From: Holophagaceae bacterium
GTDB lineage: Bacteria; Acidobacteriota; Holophagae; Holophagales; Holophagaceae
Reading direction: 5' to 3'
Assembly (NCBI GenBank): GCA_035687325.1
Contig: DASRXV010000081.1
Span: forward strand, 14,546-78,545
DNA: 64,000 bases
Shown here: piece after piece, positions 1-7,716 of the stretch
How positions within the stretch are numbered: position 1 is the stretch's first letter
Layout of the letters: every line of letters begins with the position of its first letter
Program-made: the position numbers and the translations under genes
The notes under the pieces: model-generated
What the model was told of the DNA's origin: nothing
The model's input: the letters and a program-made list of their open reading frames with translations, nothing else
Databases searched by the model: none

Positions 1-455
1 GCGAGGCTTACGGGCCCGAGAGCATCCACCAGGCCATCCATCTTTGCGGCGCCCACCGCATCGGCCACGGCGTGCGGCTGGTGGAGGACGGCGACCTCCT
101 CAACTATGTGAACGACCATCGCATCCCGCTGGAGTGCTGCCCCTCGAGCAATGTGCAGACCAAGGCCGTGAAGAAGATGGCGGACCATCCCATCCGGCTC
201 TTCTACGACCTGGGCCTGCGCGTGACCGTGAACACGGACAACCGCCTCGTCACGGACACCACGGTCAGCCACGAGTACCTGATCCTTCACGAGCAGCTGG
301 GCTTCACCCTGGACGAGATCAAGGAGCTCATCATCATGGGTTTCAAGAGCGCCTTCCTGCCTTACGCCATCAAGCGCGCCATGCTGGCCGATGTGGTGGC
401 CGAGCTGAAGAACTTCAAGCCGAAGAGCCTGGAGAGCAAGAAGGAGCAGCTGTAG
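1..455 (+). CDS. add: adenosine deaminase, C-terminal part (5' end lies outside the window)
   Basis: Frame 3 is open from the window edge. Translation ...GAHRIGHGVRLVEDGDLLNYVNDHRIPLECCPSSNVQT...VTVNTDNRLV carries the conserved adenosine deaminase C-terminal motifs. Confidence 0.85.
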   Translation, partial: EAYGPESIHQAIHLCGAHRIGHGVRLVEDGDLLNYVNDHRIPLECCPSSNVQTKAVKKMADHPIRLFYDLGLRVTVNTDNRLVTDTTVSHEYLILHEQLGFTLDEIKELIIMGFKSAFLPYAIKRAMLADVVAELKNFKPKSLESKKEQL

Positions 456-508
456 GGACCGCTATTCACCACGGGAAACACTGAGGGTACGGAAGTGGAT
501 GGCGATTT

Positions 509-535
509 CTCCGTGTGCTCCGTGGTCTCCGTGGT
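509..535 (+). repeat. 9-bp tandem repeat x3 (CTCCGTGTG CTCCGTGGT CTCCGTGGT) 15 nt upstream of the DHH phosphoesterase start
   Basis: Read directly from the sequence in the add/DHH intergenic spacer. Confidence 0.7.
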
Positions 536-549
536 GAGACAATCGTCCC

Positions 550-1545
550 ATGCTCGACCGTTTCGCCTCCTTCATCGACAGCCACCAGCGCTTCCTCCTG
601 ACCACGCACGAGAATCCGGATGGGGACGGCATCGGCGCGTCCATCGGACTCGCAGCGTATCTCCGCTCTCTGGGCAAAGAGGCCCGGATGGTGGTGACGC
701 CCTCCATCCCCGAGAACCTGCGCTGGCTGGATGAGACGGGGCTGGCGGAGCCATACGAACCCGAAGGGAAGCACAAGGACCTCGCGACATGGCCCGATGT
801 GTGGCTCGTGACAGACGCCTCCGAGCCCCACCGCCTAGGTCCCATGCACGCGGCGTTTGAATCCACAAAGGCCACACGGGTCTGCCTGGACCACCATCTC
901 AAGGACGCGCCCAAGGGTTTCGACCAGGAGTTCACCGATCCCAGCGCCAGCGCCAGCGCGGAGCTGGTCTTTGATCTCGTGGCCCCGCGCATGGCGAAGC
1001 CCTGGCCAGGGCCCATGGTGCGCGCGCTCTACACGGGCATGGTGGCGGACACAGGCAACTTCCGCTTCTCCAACGCCACGCCCAAGCTGCACCGCGCCGC
1101 CGCAGAGCTCATCGAGGCCGGCGCCGAGCCCGCGCGCACCTTCCAGGGCCTTTACCACACCGACACGCCGCAGAAGGTGAAGCTCTGGGGCCGGGCCATG
1201 GAGGGCTTGCGGCTCGTCGAACAGAACCGCGTGGCCCTCGTCACCGTCTCGCTGGCGGATTTGGAAGCCTGTGGCGCGAACCATGAGGATCTGGACGAGC
1301 TGGTGCAGCAGCCCATGCGCCTCAAGGGTGTCGAAGTGTCTGTGCTGCTTTACGAAACGGCGGACGGGCGCATCAAGATCAGCCTGAGGTCCCGGGAGCG
1401 GGTGGATGTGAACGCCGTCTGCCGCCTTTTCGGCGGAGGCGGACACCGCCTGGCCAGTGGCGCCAAACTGCATGGGCCCTTGGCGGGAGCCCTGAAAACC
1501 GTTGAAACGGCGCTCTGTGACCAAGTCCGCAAGGATCTGGCCTAA
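550..1545 (+). CDS. DHH/DHHA1 family phosphoesterase (NrnA-like oligoribonuclease/pAp phosphatase)
   Basis: 331-aa ORF with an ATG start. Motifs: HENPDGDGIGAS, CLDHHL (DHH) and FGGGGHRLASGA (DHHA1). Confidence 0.85.
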   Translation: MLDRFASFIDSHQRFLLTTHENPDGDGIGASIGLAAYLRSLGKEARMVVTPSIPENLRWLDETGLAEPYEPEGKHKDLATWPDVWLVTDASEPHRLGPMHAAFESTKATRVCLDHHLKDAPKGFDQEFTDPSASASAELVFDLVAPRMAKPWPGPMVRALYTGMVADTGNFRFSNATPKLHRAAAELIEAGAEPARTFQGLYHTDTPQKVKLWGRAMEGLRLVEQNRVALVTVSLADLEACGANHEDLDELVQQPMRLKGVEVSVLLYETADGRIKISLRSRERVDVNAVCRLFGGGGHRLASGAKLHGPLAGALKTVETALCDQVRKDLA

Positions 1546-1608
1546 GGTGGAAGGCGCGGGGTCACGGTTTCCGGACCCGGCGCATCCCAGGAGCGAGGGA
1601 CACTGACC

Positions 1609-2268
1609 ATGGCCAAGGAATCGCCTGCCGCCCCCAAACTCGAGCTGCTCTGGAAGCTCGAGGGCGAGAAGGTGCCCTTCGTGGCGAAGGCGGTGGTGCC
1701 CACCATCCACGGCACCTTCACGGTCTACGGCTTCCTGGAGAAGGCCACGGGCAAGGAGCACCTGGCCATCGTCTGCGGCGAGATAGACGCGCGGAAGCGC
1801 ATCCCCGTCCGCATCCACAGCGAGTGCTGGACCGGCGATGTGCTGGGTTCGCTCCGTTGCGACTGCCGCCAGCAGTTGGAGGCGGCGCTGGAGCACATCG
1901 CCGCGCACGGCGGCATGGTGCTCTACCTGCGTCAGGAAGGCCGCGGCATCGGCCTGCTGAACAAGCTGAAGGCCTACGCGCTCCAGGAGCAGGGCATGGA
2001 CACGGTGGAGGCCAACCACGCGCTGGGCTTCCCGGATGATCTGCGCACCTACGACAGCGCCGTGGAGATGCTGAAGTTCTTCGGCATCCACCGCATCAAG
2101 CTGCTGACGAACAACCCCAAGAAGATCGGCGCGCTGGAGCAGGCGGGCATCGAAGTCGAGCGCGAACGCCACCAGCTCGAAGCCAATCCCCACAACCTGC
2201 GCTACCTGAAGACCAAAGCCCGCAAGAGCGGGCACATGCTGGACTTCAAGGAAGAGCCGCTTTCATAA
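1609..2268 (+). CDS. ribA: GTP cyclohydrolase II
   Basis: 219 aa. RIHSECWTGDVLGSLRCDCRQQL zinc/Cys motif and LYLRQEGRGIGLLNKLKAY are typical RibA signatures. Confidence 0.9.
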   Translation: MAKESPAAPKLELLWKLEGEKVPFVAKAVVPTIHGTFTVYGFLEKATGKEHLAIVCGEIDARKRIPVRIHSECWTGDVLGSLRCDCRQQLEAALEHIAAHGGMVLYLRQEGRGIGLLNKLKAYALQEQGMDTVEANHALGFPDDLRTYDSAVEMLKFFGIHRIKLLTNNPKKIGALEQAGIEVERERHQLEANPHNLRYLKTKARKSGHMLDFKEEPLS

Positions 2269-3504
2269 CGGCATCCTGAATGTGAACGCCGCGCCCTTGC
2301 CGGCTTCGCTTTGCAGCGTGATCTCGCCGCCCATGAGCCGCGCGAGATGCTTGACGATGGCGAGTCCCAGGCCCGTGCCGGGCACAGCCCGTGCTGTGCT
2401 GGTGCGGTAGAAGCGTTCGAAGACGCGGGCCTGCTCCGATTCGGGGATGCCCGAGCCCTGATCGAGGATGGTCCACCGCAGGGAGGTTCCGTTCCGCGCG
2501 ATCTCCAGGCGGACTTCGGCCCCGTCGGGACTGAACTTCACGGCGTTGGAGAGCAGGTTCTCCAGGAGCTGGTGCAGGCGCAGCGGGTCCGCCTGGATGC
2601 GCAGCTCCTCCACGCCGGTCCCGAGATCGAGCGCGAGCCCCACTTTCTTGGTCCGAGCTTGCGGTTCGAGATCCTCCAGCAGCTCCCGGGCGAAACCCGC
2701 CACGGGCAAGGCGCGGGGCTCCAGCACCAGCGCCCCGGTCTCGATGCGGGACAGCTCCGAGACATCGTCCAGCAGCAGCGTCATCTTCTCCAGGGCGCGG
2801 AAGATGGTGCGGAGGCTGGAGTCGCCTTCCGCCGCCACGGATCCGCCGTCCTGCAGATTCTCGGCCGCGATGCGGATGGCAGTCACGGGCGTCTTCAGTT
2901 CGTGGCTGGCGTTGGAGATGAACTTCTGGCGCGTGGTCTCCAGAGCCTCCATGCGCGTCACATCATCCAGCGTGATGAGCACGCCGCGGGCCTCCAGCCC
3001 GGCCTGGAATGGCAGGGCGCGGACGCGCAGCACCCGTGGCTCGCGTTTGAGCGTCCACTGGACGGCCTCGCCGCGGAAGGCGGTTTCAAGCTGAGCGAGT
3101 GATTCCGGGTCGCGGAAGGCCTCGGCCAGCCCCGCGCCCTCATTGAGGCGGCTGCCTGAACCCAGCAGCCGCGCGGCCGCCGGATTCGCCAGCAGCATCC
3201 GCCGGTCTTCGCCGAAGACGAGGACGCCTTCCCTCAGGCTCGCCAGGATGCCCTTGCGGAGCTGGTCTTCGCGTTCCGCCTGAGTGCGCAACGCCAGCAG
3301 CTCTTCTTCCAATTGCCGCAGGGCGCGCTGGTGGGGACTTTCAGCCCCGAGCATCTGGTAGAGCAGCAGGCCCAAGCCGATGGCGAGCAAGGGGCCGCCC
3401 ATCAGCAGCTTGAGGGGATGGGGCAGAAGCGCGGCGAGCAAAGCGCCGGTGATGGCCAAAGCCAGGGCGAGGAGGGGCGGCGTGATCCGGCCGGGGGCTG
3501 ACAT
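2263..3504 (-). CDS. sensor histidine kinase (2 TM, PAS-like, HisKA, HATPase_c); orphan, no adjacent response regulator
   Basis: 413 aa. H-box FISNASHELKTPVTAI, N box LLSNAVKF, G boxes DQGSGIP and GTGLGLAIVK. Its 3' end overlaps the ribA 3' end by 6 nt (convergent). Confidence 0.85.
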   Translation of the reverse strand: MSAPGRITPPLLALALAITGALLAALLPHPLKLLMGGPLLAIGLGLLLYQMLGAESPHQRALRQLEEELLALRTQAEREDQLRKGILASLREGVLVFGEDRRMLLANPAAARLLGSGSRLNEGAGLAEAFRDPESLAQLETAFRGEAVQWTLKREPRVLRVRALPFQAGLEARGVLITLDDVTRMEALETTRQKFISNASHELKTPVTAIRIAAENLQDGGSVAAEGDSSLRTIFRALEKMTLLLDDVSELSRIETGALVLEPRALPVAGFARELLEDLEPQARTKKVGLALDLGTGVEELRIQADPLRLHQLLENLLSNAVKFSPDGAEVRLEIARNGTSLRWTILDQGSGIPESEQARVFERFYRTSTARAVPGTGLGLAIVKHLARLMGGEITLQSEAGKGAAFTFRMPL

Positions 3505-3614
3505 GGAGTCAGATTAATGGATTTCGCGCCTTTTTCCCGTGAATCCCCTGAAACAACGCCGAACTTTCGCTTTTCTTTGCCTTGTTGTCGCTAGGTCCTT
3601 TCCTAGATTCTGTT

Positions 3615-3660
3615 GTGGATCTCAGTGGATAAAAATGGAATGAAGCGGATCAAAGTGGTC
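3615..3660 (+). promoter_or_regulatory. candidate MraZ operator: five direct hexamer repeats with exact 10-bp phasing
   Basis: GTGGAT(3615) ctca GTGGAT(3625) aaaa ATGGAA(3635) tgaa GCGGAT(3645) caaa GTGGTC(3655), lying 52-97 nt upstream of the mraZ ATG. A possible TTGTTG-N16-TAGATT promoter (3582-3609) sits just upstream; that call is weak. Confidence 0.6.
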
Positions 3661-3711
3661 TTCTCCAATCCAAAAGCGTCTCCCGGGTCACTTTGTTGAA
3701 AGGCGCCGAGA

Positions 3712-4176
3712 ATGCTGCGATTCCGCGGCAATTCCCCGGCCACGGTGGATGAGAAGGGACGCCTCAAGCTCCCCTCAACCTTCAAGGCCGAATTGGAAAC
3801 CTTCGCCAAGAGCGAGGGCCAGGGAGCCTCTGCCCACTACCTGACCTCCGTCGATGGCCTCAGCGCTCGTTTCTACCCCATGCCCGTCTGGGAGGGCATT
3901 GAGGCCCGCCTCGCCGCACTGCCCGCCACCAACCCCGCCAAGCGCAAGTTCCTGGAAGTGACCGCCTACTACGGCTCCGAAGTGGAGCCGGACGCGCAGG
4001 GCCGCTTCGTCATCCCGCCCATCCTCCGCGAATCCGCGGGGCTCAAGGGCGAGGTCGCCGTGCTGGGCCAGATGGACCACATCGCCATCTGGAACCGCGG
4101 CGCCTTCGAGAAACGCCTCGTGGCCGACCCGCTCACGCCGGAAGACCTGGCTCAACTTGCGGACCTGGGGATCTAG
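3712..4176 (+). CDS. mraZ: transcriptional regulator MraZ
   Basis: 154 aa. N-terminal FRGNSPATVDEKGRLKLP and a second SpoVT/AbrB-like repeat. First gene of the dcw cluster. Confidence 0.95.
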   Translation: MLRFRGNSPATVDEKGRLKLPSTFKAELETFAKSEGQGASAHYLTSVDGLSARFYPMPVWEGIEARLAALPATNPAKRKFLEVTAYYGSEVEPDAQGRFVIPPILRESAGLKGEVAVLGQMDHIAIWNRGAFEKRLVADPLTPEDLAQLADLGI

Positions 4177-5139
4177 ATGATGGTCGCGATCCCTGTCCAC
4201 ATCCCAGTGCTCCTCAACGAGGTGCTGGACACCCTGGTGCTGCCGCCGGGTGCCCGCATCCTCGACCTCACCCTGGGCCTCGGGGGCCACGCGGAGGCTT
4301 TGCTCCGCCGCTGCGATGGCGATTCCCGGTACATGGGGGTGGACCGGGACCCCGAGGCCCGGGCCTTGGCGCAAGCGCGCCTCGGCCATGACCCCCGCTT
4401 TTCCGTGACTGCTTCCACCTACGAGGATCTCTGGCGCCAGCCGGAGTTCCAGGACTGGAAGGAGCGCCACGCGCCGCAGGGCTTCGACGCCATCCTCGCC
4501 GATCTCGGCGTCTCCAGCTTCCAGCTCAAGTCCGCCTCCCGCGGTTTCAGCTTCCGCGAGGAAGGCCCCCTGGACATGCGCATGGACACCGCGTCCGGCA
4601 TGACGGCCCTGGAGTGGATCCAGCGCCAGGACGAGGACACCCTCGCCTTCGCCCTGAAGACCTACGGCGAGGAACGCCTCGGCAAGCTCATCGCCCGCTC
4701 TGTTCTCACCGCGTTGCACGAGGGGCGTCTCGCCACGACCCTCGATCTCGCGGAAGCCGTCTACAAGGTCATCCCCAAGGAACCGGCCAAGCGCAAGGGG
4801 CTCGCTGATCCTGCCACGCGCACCTTCCAGGCCATCCGCATCGCCGTCAACGGCGAGCTGGAGCGCCTGGCTTCTTCGCTTGAAGAGGCGGTCCGCGCGC
4901 TCCGCCCCGGCGGCCGTCTCGCCGTCATCAGCTTCCACAGCCTCGAGGACCGGATCGTCAAACAGACCTTCCGCCGTCTCGCGGGCATCTACGACGGCCC
5001 GAACCGCGTACCCCCGGAGCCGCTGCCCAAGGTCGTGAAACTCGTCCATCCCGGCGGCCTGGAGCCTTCCAGCGCCGAACTCGCCGCCAATCCTCCGTCC
5101 CGTTCCGCCCGCCTGCGCGCGGCGGAACGCTTATCTTAG
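4177..5139 (+). CDS. rsmH: 16S rRNA (cytosine1402-N4)-methyltransferase RsmH
   Basis: 320 aa. HIPVLLNEVLD start, SAM-binding DLTLGLGGH, ADLGVSSFQL. Its ATG directly follows the mraZ TAG. Confidence 0.95.
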   Translation: MMVAIPVHIPVLLNEVLDTLVLPPGARILDLTLGLGGHAEALLRRCDGDSRYMGVDRDPEARALAQARLGHDPRFSVTASTYEDLWRQPEFQDWKERHAPQGFDAILADLGVSSFQLKSASRGFSFREEGPLDMRMDTASGMTALEWIQRQDEDTLAFALKTYGEERLGKLIARSVLTALHEGRLATTLDLAEAVYKVIPKEPAKRKGLADPATRTFQAIRIAVNGELERLASSLEEAVRALRPGGRLAVISFHSLEDRIVKQTFRRLAGIYDGPNRVPPEPLPKVVKLVHPGGLEPSSAELAANPPSRSARLRAAERLS

Positions 5140-5150
5140 TGAGGTCCGCC

Positions 5151-5516
5151 ATGGTGCTCGGAAACCGCGCCCAGGTCCGCCAAGTCGAGAGCGAAGGCGT
5201 CCTGCGCCTCCTGCTTCTCGCGCTCGCCATCGCCATGCCGCTGATGACACTCGTCTATCTCAAGGTCCAGTCCGTGCGGCTGGGCTACCGGATGAACGAG
5301 GTCCAGTCGCGCATCAACCAGGAGCAGGAGACCCAGCGCAAACTCATGCTGGAGCGCAGCCGCTGGCAGCGCGACGAGGAGATCCAGTCCTACGCCGTCA
5401 AAGCGGGCATGCAGCCCAAGAAGCAGAGCCGCCTCATCCAGCGCGCCTTCAGCGCCGCGGACCAGCGGGAGGCCAAGCTGCGCCCCGTGAACTCCTGGGA
5501 GGAGTTGAACCGCTGA
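5151..5516 (+). CDS. ftsL: cell division protein FtsL-like (single TM plus coiled coil)
   Basis: Small bitopic protein in the canonical position between rsmH and ftsI. ATG 5151 is preceded by GAGG at 5141. An in-frame GTG at 5139 is an alternative start. The call rests on position and topology, not sequence motifs. Confidence 0.6.
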   Translation: MVLGNRAQVRQVESEGVLRLLLLALAIAMPLMTLVYLKVQSVRLGYRMNEVQSRINQEQETQRKLMLERSRWQRDEEIQSYAVKAGMQPKKQSRLIQRAFSAADQREAKLRPVNSWEELNR

Positions 5517-5526
5517 AATCCGGGCT

Positions 5527-5554
5527 TGAGGCCTGAGGCCTGAGGCCTGAGGCT
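5527..5554 (+). repeat. heptad tandem repeat TGAGGCC x3 plus TGAGGCT between ftsL and ftsI
   Basis: Read directly. TGA occurs at 5527, 5534, 5541 and 5548, so all three forward frames are closed. Each unit also contains GAGG. Confidence 0.9.
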
Positions 5555-5574
5555 GGAGTGGCTGGCCCCGCTGA

Positions 5575-7716
5575 ATGTCGCTGCTTTCCTCCTCTCCCAG
5601 AAACCCGCGCCGCCTCATGGAGGGGGCGCCGGAGGCGCGCCAGCTCCAAGGCCTGCGGCGCCCCTGGGTCTTCGCCTTCGTGGCTGCCTGGGGCGCGGCC
5701 GTCTTCCTGCGCCTCTTCTCGCTCCAGGTGGTGGAGCACCGGGCCTACCACGAGCGCGCGGCGCGCCAGCACCTCACCACCGTGGACATCATGCCCATCC
5801 GCGGCGAGCTGCGGGACCGCAAGGGCGACAGCCTCGCCATCTCCCTGCGGGTGGAGAGCCTCTTCGCGGACCCGCGCACGTTCTATCCGGAGTATCAGCA
5901 GGACCGGGACGCGCCCGCGAAGTGGGGCGAGCCGGACCGTAAAGCCGCGTCCGACGCGGCCGCGCGCCTGGCGCCCGTGCTGGAGATGTCCAAGGCTGAG
6001 ATCCTTTCGCGCCTCCTGAAGAAGAAGAGCTTCGTCTGGATCAAGCGCCAGCTCGTGCCCTCCAAGGCCGCGGCCGTGAAATCCATGGACCTTGAAGGCC
6101 TGGAGTTCCTGCCGGAGGTGCGGCGTTTCTATCCGCGCGGCAGCCTCGCCTGCCAGATTCTGGGCTTCACGAACATCGACGGCCTGGGCCAGCTCGGCAT
6201 CGAGCGCGCCTACGACCAAGTGCTGGCGGGCCGCGCGGGCAAGCTGGTGGCGCCCCGGGACGCGAAGGGTCACCTGCTGGAGATGAGCGAGAACTACGCG
6301 CAGGTGCCCGTCAACGGCTCCAGCGTCCAGCTCAGCATCGACGCCACCATCCAGCACATCGTGGAGGACGCGCTCGCCGAAGCCGTGGCGAAGAGCCGTC
6401 CCAAGACGGCCTACGCGGTGGTGGTGGACCCGGACACCGGCAAGATCCTGGCGATGGCGGGCACGCCCACCTTCGACCCGAACCACATCCTCCCCAAAAA
6501 ATTCCAGGACCTCTCCGAGTCCGAGATGGATGCGGGCCTCAAGGCCGACTACGAAGCCGAGCTCCAGCGCCAGCGTGACGCGCGCCGCGTGCACCCGGTG
6601 GAGGACGCCTACGAGCCGGGCTCCACCATGAAGATATTCACGGCCGCCATCGCGCTGGAGGAGCGGAAGGTGCGCCTGGGCGAGAAGTTCAACACCGGCC
6701 CCGGCCGCATGGCCTTCCCCCACGACCAGATCGTCACGGACACCCACGCCCATGGCGTCATCAGTTTCGAGCAGGTGCTCTGGCTCAGCTCCAACATCGG
6801 CGCGGCCGAGATCGGGACGCGCCTCAAGCAGACGGACCACTACGAGTGCCTCAAGAGGTTCGGCTTCGGCGATCCCACCGGGCTCAACTTCCCCGGCGAG
6901 ACCAACGGCCGCCTGCCATCGCCCGACCAGTGGAGCGGCACCTCGCAGACGACCATCTCCTATGGCTACGGCCTCAACGCCTCGCCGCTCCAGGTGCTCA
7001 TGGCGGGCTGCGCCATCGCCAACGGCGGCAAGCTCATGAAGCCCATCCTCGTGGAGCGCGTCTACAACGACCAAGGCGCGCTGCTGCAGGAGAACGCGCC
7101 CCAGGTGCGGCAGCAGGTGATCAGCCCCGAGACCTCGGAGATCATGCGCCAGGTTCTCCAGGGCGTCATCACGGACGGCACAGGAAAGCGCGCCAAGCTG
7201 GATGGCGGCGTGGCGGCCTTCGGCAAGACCGGCACCAGCCGCAAGATCATCGACCGCAAATACGATCCCAAGCGCCACTTCGCGTCCTTCATGGGCTTCT
7301 TCCCCGCCGACCATCCGCGCTACGGCGTCCTCATCATGCTGGATGATCCTGAGGGCGACATGGACGGCGGCAGTGTGGCCGCGCCCCTCTTCGCGGAAGT
7401 GGGCAACGCGATCCTCCGCTACCAGCAGACCGCCGGCGGCCAGTCGCCGGAATCGGACCTGCGCCTCACGCTCCGCGACTGGCCCGTGGCGGAGACGGAC
7501 GAGGCCGCCTTCCACATCGAGAAGGGCAAGGTGCCGGACCTCCGCGGCCTCAGTCTCAAGGCCGCCCTCCAGCGCGTGCTGCTGGTGGGCGGGACGCCCG
7601 CGGTGAAGGGCGCGCCCTCCACCGCCTTCAGCTCGCGCGTGAAGGACCAGAGCCCCGCCGCGGGGGCCGATCTCAAGGATGGCGGCACCGTCACCATCAC
7701 CGTGGAGAGCCCGTGA
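5575..7716 (+). CDS. ftsI: class B penicillin-binding protein (FtsI/PBP3-like) with one C-terminal PASTA-like domain
   Basis: 713 aa. N-terminal TM, SxxK (GSTMK), SxN (LSSNIG), KTG (GKTGTS). The C-terminal segment DLRGLSLKAALQRV...GGTVTITV is PASTA-like. Confidence 0.9.
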   Translation: MSLLSSSPRNPRRLMEGAPEARQLQGLRRPWVFAFVAAWGAAVFLRLFSLQVVEHRAYHERAARQHLTTVDIMPIRGELRDRKGDSLAISLRVESLFADPRTFYPEYQQDRDAPAKWGEPDRKAASDAAARLAPVLEMSKAEILSRLLKKKSFVWIKRQLVPSKAAAVKSMDLEGLEFLPEVRRFYPRGSLACQILGFTNIDGLGQLGIERAYDQVLAGRAGKLVAPRDAKGHLLEMSENYAQVPVNGSSVQLSIDATIQHIVEDALAEAVAKSRPKTAYAVVVDPDTGKILAMAGTPTFDPNHILPKKFQDLSESEMDAGLKADYEAELQRQRDARRVHPVEDAYEPGSTMKIFTAAIALEERKVRLGEKFNTGPGRMAFPHDQIVTDTHAHGVISFEQVLWLSSNIGAAEIGTRLKQTDHYECLKRFGFGDPTGLNFPGETNGRLPSPDQWSGTSQTTISYGYGLNASPLQVLMAGCAIANGGKLMKPILVERVYNDQGALLQENAPQVRQQVISPETSEIMRQVLQGVITDGTGKRAKLDGGVAAFGKTGTSRKIIDRKYDPKRHFASFMGFFPADHPRYGVLIMLDDPEGDMDGGSVAAPLFAEVGNAILRYQQTAGGQSPESDLRLTLRDWPVAETDEAAFHIEKGKVPDLRGLSLKAALQRVLLVGGTPAVKGAPSTAFSSRVKDQSPAAGADLKDGGTVTITVESP

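Noticed and set aside
1546-1608. Possible FMN riboswitch upstream of ribA.
   Set aside because: The spacer is only 63 nt and lacks the conserved FMN-element helices.
835-2235. 466-aa minus-strand ORF opposite the DHH phosphoesterase and ribA. Similar long antisense or out-of-frame ORFs occur at 3775-5049, 5449-7515, 7419-9113, 9092-11650, 13804-15753, 15290-16942, 17301-19268, 28187-29665 and 39785-41017.
   Set aside because: These are typical shadow ORFs of high-G+C DNA. Their products are Arg/Ala/Gly/Pro-rich and low in complexity, with no motifs. Each lies opposite or out of frame to a gene with strong family signatures.
3603-3809. 68-aa minus-strand ORF across the mraZ promoter and start.
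   Set aside because: It overlaps the MraZ-box array and the mraZ 5' end, and has no RBS or motif.
5527-5554. Whether the short tandem repeats at 509, 5527 and 42982 could be a CRISPR array.
   Set aside because: The units are 7-9 nt and directly abutting, with no spacers. No cas genes are present.
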